A stretch of 64,000 nt of DNA from assembly GCF_964213995.1 (NCBI RefSeq), contig NC_135823.1, positions 868,001-932,000 of the forward strand. The letters are read 5' to 3'. Position 1 is the stretch's first letter. Every line of letters starts with the position of its first letter. Under the pieces are notes generated by a model. That model was not told the origin of the DNA, searched no databases, and worked only from the letters and a program-made list of their open reading frames with translations. Shown piece after piece: positions 37,877 to 52,289 of this stretch. Source of the stretch: Mustelus asterias. Lineage: Eukaryota. The position numbers and the translations under genes were made by a program.

Positions 37877-40800
37877 CTCACTGTGTATCTCTCTGTTTGT
37901 GTCAGTGTGAGACTGCGTGTGAGTATATGTGCGTGTGATACTCTGTCTGTGTACATCTTTGCCTGTGCCAGTGTGGGATTGCATATGCATGTGCATGTGA
38001 GGGAGAGATTATCTGTCTGTGTATCTCTCTGTACGTGTAGGTATGAGATTGTGTCTCTGAATTTGTGTGTGGTGTGTGTATTTACGAGTTTGTCTGAGAG
38101 GGAGGGAAATACAGAGAGAGAGACTGTGTCTTTAAGGGGGACGGTTTTGTTTCGATGTGTTTGTGAACGTTTGCGTGACTGCATGTGTATCTTTGTTTGA
38201 GACTATGTGTATCTATGCGAGGGGCTGTGTGGTGTGTGTGTGTGTGTGTGTGTGTGAGTGTGTGTGTGTATGTGTGTGTGTGAGTGGGGGGGATGAGGGG
38301 GTTAGCTTATGAGGAGAGATTGAGTAGACTGGGCCTGTACTCATTGGAGTTTAGCAGGTTGAGGAGATCTTATCGAGACATATAAGATAATGAAGGGGCT
38401 AGACAGGGTAGACGCAGCGAGGTTATTTCCACTTACAGTGGAAACAAGAACGAGGGGGCATAGCCTCAGAATACGGGGGAGTCAATTTAGAACAGAGTTG
38501 AGGAGGAACTTTTTCTCCCAGAGGGTAGTGAATCTTTGGAATTCTCTGCCCACTCAAGCAGTAGAGGCTACCTCGTTAAATGTGTTTAAGTCACAGATAG
38601 ATAGATTTTTATTCATTCAGGGAATAAAGAGTTATGGGGAGCGGGCGGGTAAGTGGAACTGAACCCACTATCAGACCAGCCATGACCATATTGAATGGCG
38701 GAGCAAGCTTGAGTGGCAAGATGGTCTACTCCTGCTCCTATTTCTTATGTTCTTATGTTCTTAGGTATGTGTGTGTGTGTGTGTGTGTCTGCGTGTGTGC
38801 CTGTTTTTGTCTGTGTATGTGTGTCTAATTCTGTGTGGTGGAATTGAGAATGATTCTGAATGTGCGTGTGCGTCTGTGTGTGAGTGTTTGTGTCGCTGTG
38901 TTTGTCTCTGTACGTCTGTCTGAATCTGTGTGGTGGGAATGAGAATGATTCTGAATGTGTGTGCGTGTGTGTGTGTGCCTGTGATTCACTGATTCACTGA
39001 TTTCTGCAGTGTTCTGGTCGTTATTTAATCGCTCAACAAACATTTAGACATAGACGAATTTAGCTGGCTCATTACTTAATTGCTCCTTTTGGGGTGATAC
39101 CGTGTGCAGAGGTGCTGCCGGATTTACTATGTTAAATCCAGCAGCATCTTTCAACAATTTCAACAAGTCGCTGTCAACGATTACAGGTTGATGCAGGTTA
39201 TGAAAAAGGCAAAGTAATTGCACAATGGCTGGCGTTTGCAATGCACTGTTTAATTTGATGGTGGAAGTTTTAGTTATTTAAAAGGGACCTCAACATGCAT
39301 TTAAGTGCTATTAACTACGAGGTTACGGATTGCGTGATGGACAGTGGGATTAGAATAGGCAGCGAGCTTTCTGGCCGGCACAGACATGATGGGGGAATGG
39401 CCTCTTTCTATGCCATATCTGTACTCTTCTTCAATGGTGCCAAGACATTTGATTGTGTGTGCTTGGTTGCGATTACTTGTGAGGTATTTGCCACAACACA
39501 AAGATCGACGGTGGTACAGTGTTTAGCACTGCTGTGTCACAACGCCATGAACCTGAGTTCCATTCCTTCGGTGACTACATGTGTGGAGTTTCCACGTTCG
39601 CAACGTGTCTGCCTGGGTGTCCTCCCGGTGCAGCGGTTTGCTCCCACCGCCCAAGGATGTGTAGGTGATATGGTACTCATTCTCCCAATATGTGTAGGTT
39701 AAATAGATTAGCCATTGTATCTGTGTGGTGTTACGGGTGTAGGATGGGGAAGAATGCCTGGATGAGGTACTCTGTTAGAGAGTCGGTGTGGTCTCAATGG
39801 GCCGAATGACCTCATTCTGCACTGTAGGGATTCTATGATACCTGGAGCGGCTTGATAGGATAGATGCTGAGATGCTGGTCAGGGAATGTTGAACATGAAA
39901 TATGGGGAAACATGTTAATCGGATTGACTGTTTAACGGTAATCGAATTTCTGAATACATGTTAGCAACCCCTGTGTTAAGACGTGTTCCAAAGTCTTCTG
40001 TTCTGTGATTACGCTATCTCAGTCAATTTCCGCCTATCGGGACTGTGTCATTTAGGATTTTCAAGGTTGAGATTCTTAATCAGTAAGGGAATCAAGGGTG
40101 ATACAAATAAGGTGGGAAATTGAAGTTGACATTTGTCAAATCAGAACAATCATGAACTCATGGAATGGCGGGCAGACTGGATGGCCAGAATGATCTTCTT
40201 CTGCTCCTATTTCTTATGGTCTTGTGATATTAGGTCTAACTCTTCCATAGATACGTTAAGCCGCTAATTCTCCAAATGCAATTGAGGCCAATGGAAGCAG
40301 ATTGAACAGACACTCCCAAAAGGGAAACAGATAAGTACTTGTTGGAACGAGCATTGCTGAGAATCATGGGGAAATTTAAAGTGAAGCTTGGACGAAATGA
40401 GAAGCGATGGCCCAGTGGTATTGTCGCTCGAGTAACAATCTGATACTCAGCTAATGTTCTGGGGGCCTGGGTTCGAATTCTGCCGCGCCATGTGGTGGAA
40501 TTTGAATTCAATGAATTATATCTGGAATTAAGAATCTACTGGTGACCATGAAACCATTGTCGATTGTCGGAATAAAAAAAAATAATCTCGTTCACGAATA
40601 TCTTTGAAGGAAGAGTATCTGCCATCCACATCTCGTCTGGCCCACTTGTGATTCCAGAGTCACAAAAACGTATTTGACCCTGAACTGCCTTCTGTACAAG
40701 TTCAACTAGGGATGGGCAATAAATGCTGGCAGACAGCGACACCAATGTACCACGAATGAATAAGGAGGATAGCTCTTTCAAAATCCATCATGGTTTCAAT

Positions 40801-41032
40801 GGGCCGAATAGTCTCCTTCTAAACTGTATCATTCTAATATTTTATGTAACACCTGTGAGGTTCGGGATAACTTTAAATAGTTATGGGCCAAAAGCCTTCT
40901 TCTGCATGTAGGGATTTTATGATTTCCTATGATGACTATGATTTGTGAATGTTTCAGAGTGGACCTCTCTAAGCCTCCCTGGATTTGGCTGCTTTGTAAA
41001 AGAGATCGAAAGAGAAGGCGGGTCGGAAATGA
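36443..41032 (+). pseudogene. Decayed cytoplasmic exons of copy B (36443-36473, 36690-36742, ~37331-37386, 40958-41032)
   Basis: cyt1 acceptor lost; TAG at 36730; 5' half of the ITIM exon deleted; Tyr codon changed to TAA (40970) plus TAA at 40997; the ancestral TGA at 41030 aligns with the copy C stop. Confidence 0.8.
38290..38762 (+). mobile_element. Young CR1-type LINE 3' end
   Basis: MKGLDRVDAARLFPL..RRNFFSQRVVNLWNSLP with a tcttatgttcttatgttctt tail. Confidence 0.9.
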
Positions 41033-41936
41033 GAATCTGAATGATGATTTGTGGAGGAGGCAGGATTTCCCGAAAATCCGACAACCTCGTGGAAATAACA
41101 TGGAGCCCAGGATACTCCCTTCAAACGGCTAAACCTTCCCTCGTGCATCCGCCGAAAATTGGCTCCACTGTTCACTCTAAATGATTGCACTTTGTGTTTG
41201 GAATATTCCACTGGAATCGTGGTCATTACCTGTGGAAGAAGCATTGTGCAATTTGAAAGACATTCCTGAGAATCTCTGAAAATGTTCCAATCATTGTACA
41301 GCTCAAATTGTTCACGGGAACTATACTTCTTTGCAAATGTTGACGTGTGAATATCAATTCACGATTCTTTCTTTATAACGATGATTTGTCTTGATCTTAA
41401 TCAATGCTAAACTCATAATTAAATGTCATCTTTATGATTCTGCGATTTCTGTTGAGCTGTCATTATCAGCCCTGCATTCAAATGTGTGCCACTGCTTGAG
41501 GTGTGAGAGGCCTGATCATTTATAGAATTGGAACGCAATAAGAGCTACAGGTCGACAATGATGGATTATTCCTCTTTTACCAGCGCTTAAGGTTCCTATT
41601 CTCCCCCTCCCCCCTCCTGTATATGCGTGCAATAAGAGGCCACTCAGCCCCTCGGTGAGTTTATTTCTGCCCAGCTAGATCAATAACTTAACTCCATCTA
41701 CTCCGCTCGCATGCATACATTTCTATCCGTTTGCCAAGCGACAATCTATCCATTTCTGTGCTGACAGTTTCTATTTAGCCCCGGCCTCAGCAGTTATTTG
41801 AAGTTAAGAGTCACTGATTCCCCCTCTCTTTTGATTGACCAAGTGCGAACAAGTGACGTCTAAATGCACAGACTCCATTATCTCGCAAAACAATCTCCAA
41901 CCACGTCCTCCCGTCCTTGTTCTTGAGTCAGCCCAC

Positions 41937-42840
41937 TGTGATACTATGCCTTTAAGAAATGTATGATAGTCATTTTTCACTGCAGGATGATTCTCGCGGC
42001 ACCTGACATTTTATCAGAGCCGTTTTGTCTACAACAGATATCCTGCATTGTTACTGAAACAGTATAATTGATACCATGTTCGTTTTAATCTGAACTAATG
42101 CAATGTTCCTTTTTTGACTCTTCCCCTGGGATTGAAGGGTAGCGCTTGATCAGTATGACTGACAGGTCAGGTTATATGGCTGTTGACAGCTGGACTTTCA
42201 GAGTGAAATCCAGCTTTCTTGCTATTGTCAGATGCTGTTTGTACTTGAGAGAGAGCAGTGTCGGTTATTTTCTCCCTCTCTGGAATTAGAGATGCAGCTG
42301 TCTGAGTGCTACTGTATTGGAAGCTGCAGAAAAAGACATTGTGTGAGAGAGAGAGACGTATCCTTTTCAGTCTCTGAGATCCGAAGGCTGGAAACTCCCG
42401 TAGACTAGATTCACGTCACTGCTATGCTATGATGAGAATATATACGTCTCTGAAAACGGCTGTCTAAATTTCTGTCCATAGGGTTAAAGTCTAGAGATCG
42501 AGTATCACGTGACAAACTTATTTCAATGCTAACGAATTCTGAAAAAGGGTTTATGTCTATGGGATTTTGCATTCAGTTCGAACAAAGATAGCTGGCTGTT
42601 AAGAATTATACTGTGCCGTTTTTAAACCTTGCAATTGGTAAAAGTCATGCTCATTCTTTTTGTTATTTTCTGAATTTGTTCTTAAATAAACTTTGTTTGA
42701 TAAAAGCTTCCGAGTGGATCACTTGGATCATACGCGGAGTGAAATACGTTATGCACACGCAAATGCCAAAATCAAATATAAAACTTAGGGTCCAGGCTAA
42801 TTTCACAAGCGATTTGGTGTTTCAGGCTTGGTGTTTAACA
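41937..42840 (+). mobile_element. Putative solo LTR
   Basis: TG...CA; flanks ccac/gcac (3 of 4 TSD match); AATAAA ~42685; termini match 5118-5942 in inverted orientation. Confidence 0.6.
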
Positions 42841-44136
42841 GCACTAACAAACAAATAAATAATTACTCCCTGAGGGTCCTAACATATTATGCCGTTATCT
42901 TATTAAAAAAAAGGTCGCCCCTTAATCTCCTAACCCTTGGGAGTGCAAACATATTCCTGCATCTGAATTACCTGTTCCCTTTCTCTCTGGTATTTTTTTG
43001 TTTAGTTCATGCTCCACTGTTTAAAATATGGACATCCACATGATCAACAGTCAGTGGTTTGCTCCCCATTGTCGAACATTCTGGATTCATCAGTTGCATC
43101 TGTACCACTTAACCCACTGTACCGATCCCCTGCAACATTAGCTTGGGTTGGAATGCCTCCAACGTGTTCTGTGGTGCAATTGAATCATCGATCCTAACGG
43201 ATACTCGTTAACAGGAAGCACTTCATTTTCCCTCGAGTGGTACACTTAATCTTGGTCCTTATTGTTATTGAGGGATTCATCGTTTTTAATGGCGGGACGT
43301 TGAGTTCTGTAGACGATTTAAACAATATTATGCAGTTTGTGGTGTATACTACTCCTCAGGAAACAAAACATATAATTAACGTATCAATATTTTGTCGAAA
43401 TATTTATTTCTGAATTATTCGGGTACTGAACCTGATTTAAAGGCAATCCACACGTGTTTAGATACCTGTGTGATCCCGGAGTTCTGGAAACGCGGTTAAA
43501 TAATAACACAACGCACAATGGTTTACTTAGTTCAGAACATGGACGGACCCAGTACGACAGTTATAACAATCAGAACAAGCAGTGAACTGTCCGCGTTCGG
43601 TCCTCCGGGAAAGACAAGGCCAAAGGTGGCAGACGGGCACACTGCAAACTTTAAAGTTATGAAACAATTCGTCAGAGCAGAGGGAAGACAGTTTATTTTT
43701 ATTTGCGTGGAGTCAACAGAAAGAGCTGAGAGGAATATAAAATAGTCACTTTTGAAAATAACAGCGAATTCACGAGGAAAGTATTTACTTAGCGGGTGGG
43801 GATGATATGGAATTAGTTCCCACAGTGAGCCGACCAGAAGAGATGCATTTTATTGGGAAACTGGATACACTCAGGAAGGAGAAGGGCATAAAATGCTGGG
43901 TTATTGCCGGGGGCGGGGGGTGGTGGGGAGTGGCGCAATTATGTAGATGTGGGAGAAAGTTCCGGTGAACTATGATGACCAGCCCGGAGCTGATGGCCCA
44001 CAGCCCAGAGGTGCAATTATGATAGAATTATGAAACAAAGAGAGGGATAATAATATGCCCGGTGACACTGTTATTAATACATTTGCATCATTTTCTATCT
44101 GTCTTCATTCCGTACGTGTACCAGTTTGACACAAGA

Positions 44137-44603
44137 GATGAGGGGTGTTGATTATGAGGAGAGACTGAGCAGATTGGGTTCCTACTCGTTGGAATTTAGA
44201 AGGCTGAGGGGGGGATCTTATGGAGACCTATAAGATAATGAAGGGGCTGGATAGGGTAGAGGTGGAGAGATTTTTTCCACTTAGAAAGGAAGCTAGAACT
44301 AGAGGGCACAGCCTCAAAATAAAGGGGGATCAGTTTAGGACAGAGTTGAGGAGGAACTTCTTCTCTCAGAGGGTGGTGAATCTCTGGAATTCTCTGCCCA
44401 CTGAAGTGGTGGAGGCTACCTCGTTGAATATGTTTAAATCACGGATAGATGGATTCCTGATAGATAAGGGAATTAGGGGTTATGGGGATCAGGCGGGTAA
44501 GTGGAACTGATCCACTGCAGATCAGCCATGATCTTATTGAATGGCGGGGCAGGCTCGAGGGGCTAGATGGCCTACTCCTGCTCTTATTTCTTATGTTCTT
44601 ATG
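44137..44603 (+). mobile_element. Young CR1-type LINE 3' end
   Basis: ETYKIMKGLDRVEVERFFPL..; tcttatgttcttatgt tail. Confidence 0.9.
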
Positions 44604-47189
44604 TTTGCTGAAAATAAAATCTAGTGCGGTGTTTGGAATGAATTCAACGCAATATTCTGGTATCTCCTATACCCATTGGAATTTTACAAATAGTCATATT
44701 GCTAATTGCCTTTCCTCCAGAATTTCGATCAGTCTTAACACGTGTTTAACACGAGCTGGAAGATGCTTCTCGTTGCAGAATGAGCTGTGCGCGGCCTCTT
44801 AATCTATAAACAGGAAACGCTTAGCCACAATTCTCACCGCTCTGAAGTTTCCAGTGCGCCATTTAAATGGCAGCACGTAATCTCTGCAAAACGTGTACTT
44901 TCAGCATGTTTTCCGAACCCCTGAGTTACCGCAGCCCACCAAGGTTGTATCTCCCCCGGGTGTTGTTGCATCTCTTCACAGGTTTGCGTCTTCACTACTT
45001 CTTCAGAATAGGGCATTTGCAGGGTTAGAAACACTGAGATAGTAAGTGGAGTAGAACATAAAGCTAATATCCACTTTCTATCATAGGAAATTCATGGTGA
45101 AAGAATTAATCATTTCCAGCTGATCAGAAGTGATCACGGGAAATTTTCACCAATATATCAGTTGGGACGTTTTGCTCCTTTGGTCACCATTAGAACAACT
45201 TTTGGGTACGGTTAAAATGTCAGATGTTCTTGTTTCTAGTTACGTGCAGCCACAATCAATTTTAGAAATGTCAGCCAGATGCAGGGCGGCAAGTTGGAAG
45301 CACTTCATGTCTTAAATTGAGGCCATGAAGGGAGAGACAAGGTACTCAACCTACGCACAGGGACTCAACAATGTCCACTGCTTGTAAGAAACGGTGTGTT
45401 GCCCCAAACCAGAAGAACACGGTCAATCAGAGGCATTCACTTGTGTGAAAAATGTTAATGATTATTTGAGGATGGACACTTGTAAATAGCAGCACGGCAG
45501 ATGGAAAAATTAAATTAAATTAATTCACGCAATTCGAAATAAAAGCTCGTCTAATCCATGGCGACCATGACAGATATGATCAATCACTGATCCCATTTAT
45601 GACAGCAAATCGACCGTCTATATCTGGACTGGCCTGTATGTGACGCCAGAAATGTACCAGAAAATCACTAATTTGCAGGGTGGCAAAGGAAATCTGGAAA
45701 TGTAATCAATTCAAATGTAATCAGTCCAAAGATGTGCCGGTTAGGTTGATTGGCCATGCTAAAAATTGCCCTTACTGTCCTGGGATGTGTAGGTTAGAGG
45801 GATTAGTGGGTAAATATGTAGGGATATGGGGGTAGGGCCTGGGTGGGATTGTGGTCGGTGCAGACTCGATGGGCCGAATGGCCTCTTTCTGTACTGTAGG
45901 GTTTCTATGATTCTATGATCTATGAATGCAAGGGCACATGAAATTAAACGTTGTGATTCCTGACCACCATAGCCAAATCAGGAAAATAGTTCAGTATTTC
46001 ATCGGTGCCCATGAGGGAATTTCAGAAAGGTCGAGTGTGGTCACAGATATTGCAGAGGAGGGACATATTCAGCACCTTTAACCTGTTTCCTCTTATAGTC
46101 ACAGTGGTTGATCTGTGTTTTTAGTTCAGCTACTTGGTTATGTTCAGCAACTTGTACTCACCTCCCCAACAAAAATCAGTTCACAGATTTTCAATTTCAG
46201 TTACCAATCGGCTTCAACAGAAGGAGTTCCAACTTTGTGAGAAAGAAGTGTGTTACCTTTCCTTTACTATTTTACTAATTATCTAAAAGTATATTTATTA
46301 GTCACAAGTCGGTTTAAATGATCACTGCAGTGAAATTACGAGAAAATCCCCCAGTCACAACACTCTGGCGCCTGTTCGGGTACACAGAGAGAGAATTTAG
46401 CATGGTCAGTTCACCGAACCTGCACATCTTTGGACTGTGGGAGGAAACAGGAGCACTCGGAGGAAACCCACGCCGAAACAAGGAAAACGTGCAAACTCCA
46501 CACAGACAGTGACGCAAGCAGAGAATCGCACCTGGGTTCCTGACACTGTGAGGCAGCAGTGCTAAATCTTGGTCCATGAGCCAAGCGAACTAATGTCAGA
46601 AGGACTTTATTATTAAGTTATAACATCTGGCTGTATATTGAGTAACACCTCAGTCAATGCTATCGAACGTTTCCTTTCCTTGTTTTTCAAGGCGCTGGTG
46701 CCAAGCTTGCACTATGAATTTGCTCACAAGGGGCGCAGTATTCCTTCAGCGCATATCTCTCCATCCAACCCATGTCTGAACATTGTGAAGCATTTTTCGT
46801 TCACAAATGTTCATCATAATTAATTTCAAATTGATATTAGAATCACAGAGCAATACTGAATGGGGGAGTGAGGGATTCACACCAAACTGGTTTTGTGTTT
46901 TCAATATCACAGAGGCCTGGAAATGGCTGAACCTGCTGTCGCTCTTGTAAAGGAAACTGCTGAAGATAATCGAAACCAAAGGTCTGAATATGAAAATGCA
47001 ATTTAACAGTACATTGTGATGCTTCATTGGTCTTGAAGTGGTTTAAAGTCACTCAGTAAGACATTAGTAGACTAGGGTCTCTGATCTGGAACAGGCAAAT
47101 TTAAAAGAGGATTTTAAGAACATCATTTTCCTCAGTGCTAACCGACAGAACAGATGTCATTGTCAGGAGAAAAAATAGAGAACTAAAAG

Positions 47190-48520
47190 CAATTGAGCAT
47201 GACTCCAGTGGAGGGGAACTGGAGGAAATAAAAATCTGAGGGATGGAATTAGCTCCACTTGGGGAGGCAAGGATTCATCAAGGATGGTCAGCATGGTTTT
47301 GTCAAAGGGAAATCATTCCACACAATTTCTCCTGAATTTTTCGAGGAGATGACGAGGTGTGTAGTTGCTGGCAGTGCAGTTGATGTAGTCTACATGGACT
47401 TCAGTAAGAATTTTGAGCAGGTCCCACATGGGAGACCAAAGAGCAAGCTCGGAGGCCATGGGATCCAGTCAATGTTACAATTGGCTTAGTAGCAGGAGGC
47501 ATAGGGTGTTGCGCAAAGGTTGTTTTTGTGACTGGAAGCCTGTGTCCAGTGTTGTTCCGCAGGGATCAGCGTTGGATCCCTTTTTGTTGGCAGTGTACAT
47601 TAATGATCTCGACGTGAGTGTTGTAGGTATGGTAAGTAAGTTCACAGATGACACAAAAATTAGTGGTGCATCAATAATAAGGAGGGGATTACTTGGATTA
47701 CTGGATGAGATGGACGAGTTGGTCAGATGTTCAGAACCGTGGCAAATTGAATTTAACTCTGAAAAGAGTGAGCTGATACATTTTGGGAGCATCAACAAGG
47801 AAAGGTAATACACACTGAACGGTAGGATTCGAGAAAGTGCAGAAGACGAGGGGGGCTTGTGGTCCATGTCCATTGATCTCTGAAGATAGCAGGACAGGGA
47901 GATAAGTTGGTTCAGAAGGCTGATGGGATACTTGCGATTATTAGCCGAGGCATTGAATATAACAGCAGGGAAGTTAAGATATATATATATATATATATAA
48001 AATTGCTGCTCAGGGCATAGCTGGAGAACTGTGTACAGTTCTGGTCGCCACGTTATAGGAAGGGAATTATTGCACTAGGGAAGCTACAGAGGAGATTCAG
48101 CGTTGCAGATTTGAAAAAGAGCGGGATTGGCTCGGGTTGTTTCTTGGAGCAGAGAAGGCGACAGAAGACTTGACTGAGGTGTAGAAAATTATGAGCAGCA
48201 TTTACCCTGAGCAATGGGCTAAATAACCAGAGGGCATAGATTTATACCAAGGGACAGGAAGTTTATAGGAGATGAGAGGAAACCTTTTCTTCAATCACAG
48301 GGTGGTGGGAATCTGGAACCCATTGCCTGAAAGTGTGATCGATATGGGAACACTCACATTTCAGAAGCATTGAGATCAGCACTTGAAAGACCTTAGCATA
48401 CAAGGCTATGGAACAAGGCTGGAAAATGGGATGAGAATAACTTGGTGTTTGATGGCCGACGCGGACGGATGGCCAAAAGGCCTCTTTCCGTGCTGTAAAA
48501 TTCTATGACTCAATGATTCT
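47190..48520 (+). mobile_element. CR1-type LINE fragment
   Basis: QHGFVKGKS, DVVYMDFSK and VPQGSALDP..KFTDDTKI. Confidence 0.88.
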
Positions 48521-49868
48521 TTGGCAGTAAGTCATCGAATGAACAATATCAAATTATGAAATTCGAAATACATTTTGCTTGAGGGTTCTTCCAACCTGGT
48601 TACCACCTGATGCTGCGAGGCTCATCAGTGAGGTAACCCAGGGTATTAATGACTAGAAATACTCCGATTATTTCCAGAGGGCCATAACATCCTGTTGACT
48701 TCATTTCCTGCTGTCCCCTGACTGGCTCTCTGGTGTGAATTATTCGTGCAAACTTCCCCCTTGAGAGAACGTTTTGTTAGTTTTATGATTTCTTGATAAC
48801 ATTTTATTTGTCCATTGTTTAGGATGGAGCGAATATGCTGTCAAACACTCATCGATGAGTGTCCTCTCAGATTTAACTTATGGGTATGCGTTCGTCTCTT
48901 CTCGCTCTCTCTCTCTCTCCCTCCAACTGAACAACTTGTTGCAAAGCTGTGCAACACTAGAATTTGGAAACTGGGAATATATATGCAAAACAAGGACCAC
49001 ATGCATTGTGATTGCATCCTATCGTTGTTCAAATAAGATACTTTTTTTTGTTCAAGGCACAGGGGCATCAGTTATTGTCCATTCCTAGTTGCCCTTTATC
49101 TGAGCGTCTTGGTACGGCACATCAAAAGGCAGTTGAGAATCAACCACACTGGATTCGCATGGAATCATGCAGTACAGAAGAGGCCCCATGGCCCAATGAT
49201 TCTGCAGTGATACGCAAGAGACTTCTCAACTCCCATCTAATTCCATTTACCAGCACTAGGCCCATAGCCATGCAGGCCAGACCACGTATGGACGAAAATT
49301 GTCCTTCCCTAAAGGAAATCAGTTACCTGAATGGGTTTTTCTGACAATGACAATGGTTTCATGGTCATCAGTATATTCTTAATTCCAGATTTTTTAATTG
49401 AATTCAAATTTCACAATCTGCCGTAGCGGAATTCAAAGCCGGGTCCCCCCAAACATAAATTAAGTTTCTGGATTAATAGTCTGGCGTGAAAACCACGAGG
49501 CCATCCTCTCCTCTAATTGTTAAATTCTTATTATTCAGGACAGGACTGGTGAGGAAATGACAAGAGAATCCAAGTGCCGCAGGGAGCAAAAATCGTAACT
49601 CATTTCTTCTTTCGCAACATCGCACTCATCCTGTTGCTTTGAAATGTACTGTTAGTGATAACTACAAACACAAACCCACTGTGTAAAATTAGGATGAAAA
49701 CATTGGAAATTCCATGAATTGCTGTCTGGGTCCATCTCGCATTGCGTTTCAATTCTATAAATGATCAAACCTCTCACAGCTCACGCAGGGTCACACATCA
49801 GAAACCCGGACTGATATTGCCCGCTCAACAGAAATTGTAGAATCACAGAGAGTACATTTGATTATAAG

Positions 49869-49874
49869 TTTATT
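49869..49874 (-). promoter_or_regulatory. Candidate polyA signal of copy C
   Basis: AATAAA ~380 nt after the stop; conserved in A, mutated to GCTAAA in B (41406). Confidence 0.5.
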
Positions 49875-50253
49875 GTTGATGAAGATCAAGACAAATCATC
49901 ATTATTAAGATAGAATAATTAATTGATATTCTCGCGTAAACATTTGTAAAGACATTTTGTATATCTCCTGTGAGTAATGTGAGCTATCCAATCAGCAGAA
50001 TATTTTCAGAGAAACTCAGGAAATTCTCTGAGCATTGTTCAATGTTTCTTCCACAGTTGATGAACACGGTTCCAGTGGAATATTCGAAACTCAAAGTTCA
50101 ATAATTTTCAGTGAACACTGGAGCGAATCTTTGGTGAATGTGGGGGGAATGTTTAGCTGTTTGAAAGGAGTCTCCTTCGCTTGATGTATATTTCCACGAG
50201 GCTGTGGGAGTTTCGGGAATTCCTGCCTCCTCCATAATTCATCATTTGGATGC

Positions 50254-50328
50254 TCATTTTTGAACAGCTTCCTTTAAAAAACTCTTTTCCAAAGCGGCCA
50301 AATCCAGCGAGGCGTAGACAGGTCCACT
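50254..50328 (-). CDS. Copy C terminal exon, SGPVYASLDLAALEKSFLKEAVQK*
   Basis: Acceptor tgtttcag conserved in all three copies; YxxL motif; stop position shared with copy B. Confidence 0.78.
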   Translation of the reverse strand, partial: SGPVYASLDLAALEKSFLKEAVQK

Positions 50329-52289
50329 CTGAAACATTCACAAAACATAGATTCGTCATAGACATTCATAGAATCCTTCTGTAGTGTAGGCCAGACCAGA
50401 TAAGAACAATGCAGAAGGAGGCCATTCAATCCATAAATATTGATAATTGTCCCGAACCCCATATGCGTTACATAAAGTCATAGAATGATACGGCTTAGAT
50501 GGAGGCTCTTCGGCCCATTGAATCAGTGTTGGATATTAAAAAGAGCTATCCATTTTATTATTCATTCGTGGGACATCTGCGTCGCTGGCATTGCCAATTC
50601 TTAGTTGTCCTTGTTCAGAAGTGAGCCGAAAGTCAACCGTTTTATTGTGGCTCTAGAATTACATTTACGCCAGACCAGATAAGAAGAGCAGATTTCCTTC
50701 ACGAAAGGACATTAGAGAATGAGATGTTTTTTTTCTGACAATGCTTTCATGGTCATCAGTAGATTCTTAATTTCAGAAATGTTTTCATTGAATACAAATT
50801 CCACAGTCTACCGTGGCGGGATTCGAACATCTGTCCTTTGAACAATAACTAAGTTTTTGTATTAAAAGTCTGGCGGTAAGACCGCTCGGCCATCACCTCC
50901 TATTTAGTCCAAACTTCACTTTAACTTTCTTCATAATGCTCAGCTATGCTCCTTCCACAAAATACTAATCAAATTCCCTTCTTGAAAGTGCTTGTTGAAT
51001 CCACTTCCATTGGCGTCTATCTCAATTGGAAAATTAATGACTCAATGTGTCTATGGAGGTGTTAGACCGTAACATCCGAAGACCATAAGACACTGAAGCA
51101 GAAATAGGTCATTCAGCCCACTGAGTCTGCTCAATGAATTCATGACTGCTCTGATGTGACAATTGACAAATCCACTTTCTGGCCTTATTCCCATCACCAT
51201 TGATTCCCATACTGACCAAGAATCTGTCTATCTCAGCCTTGAACGTACTTAACAAAATTAATACACATGGCTGACGTTGACTGAAATCACAGCGACAGTG
51301 AAGCAGAATTTGGAATACGCCTGACACAAAAACCACGAACATTCATTCAGAATGCTGGTGTGATGTGTCTATCAATTTGATTACTGTTCAACAACCAATT
51401 CGGTTACCATGATTCCCGATGTGTTCTGTTCAAGAGTCCCTGACCAGCACCTCAGCATCTATCTTCCCGAGCCCCTTCAGAATCATAGAATCCCGACATT
51501 GTGGAATGAGACCATCCGGCCCATCGAGTCTGCACCGACACTCTGACAGTGTATCTTCCAGGTATTCTCCCCCATCCTATCTCCGTAACCCCGCACGGCT
51601 AATCCATCGAATTTACACATCCTTGGACTGTGGGAGGAATCCGGAGCACCAGAGGAAACCCCGCACACACGGTGCAAACTCAATACAGACAGCCACCCAA
51701 GGAATCGAACTCGGGTCCCTGGTGCTCTGAAGCAACAGTGCTCACCACTGTGCCACCATCGATCTTTGCGTTTCGGCAAAACCCTCATCATTAATCACAA
51801 CCAATCACACACGAACATGTGTCTTGGCATCACGGAATCACAAGACAAATACGGCATGGAAACTCAATGATTGCGTATTCTTTTCTGATCCCACTGTCCG
51901 GTAACCAACCCGTAGCCTTGTACATGACGGTACTTTACGTACAGTTTTAGGTCTCTTTTTTAAAAATTAACATTTCCAGCATCAAACCAGACAGTGAATT
52001 CCAAACACCAGCCACAGCGCACTTACTTTGCGTCATTCCTGAGCTACTTCAACCCCTAATCGTTGACAACCAATTGTCCAGATTTTATTCACCGAATCGA
52101 ACGTAGCAAGTTCGGCAGCGCCTTTACAAACAGTATTATTCAATAAAGAACAATTCAATAACGAGCCAATAAATTGTCATATATTTAGACGTTTGTTGGG
52201 GCTTAAATATCGACCAGACGGCGAGAGGGAAAACTGAACCACAAAAATATTCTCACTTCTACCCTCACAGACTCAGGTACGCTTACGCA

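Noticed and set aside
37545-38200. His/Thr- or Cys/Val-rich ORFs
   Set aside because: Translations of (CA)n/(TG)n microsatellites.
52027-52121. 95-nt exon candidate with a gtaagt donor in copy C
   Set aside because: Stops in all three frames, the donor is not conserved in A, and it overlaps what looks like an old SINE remnant.
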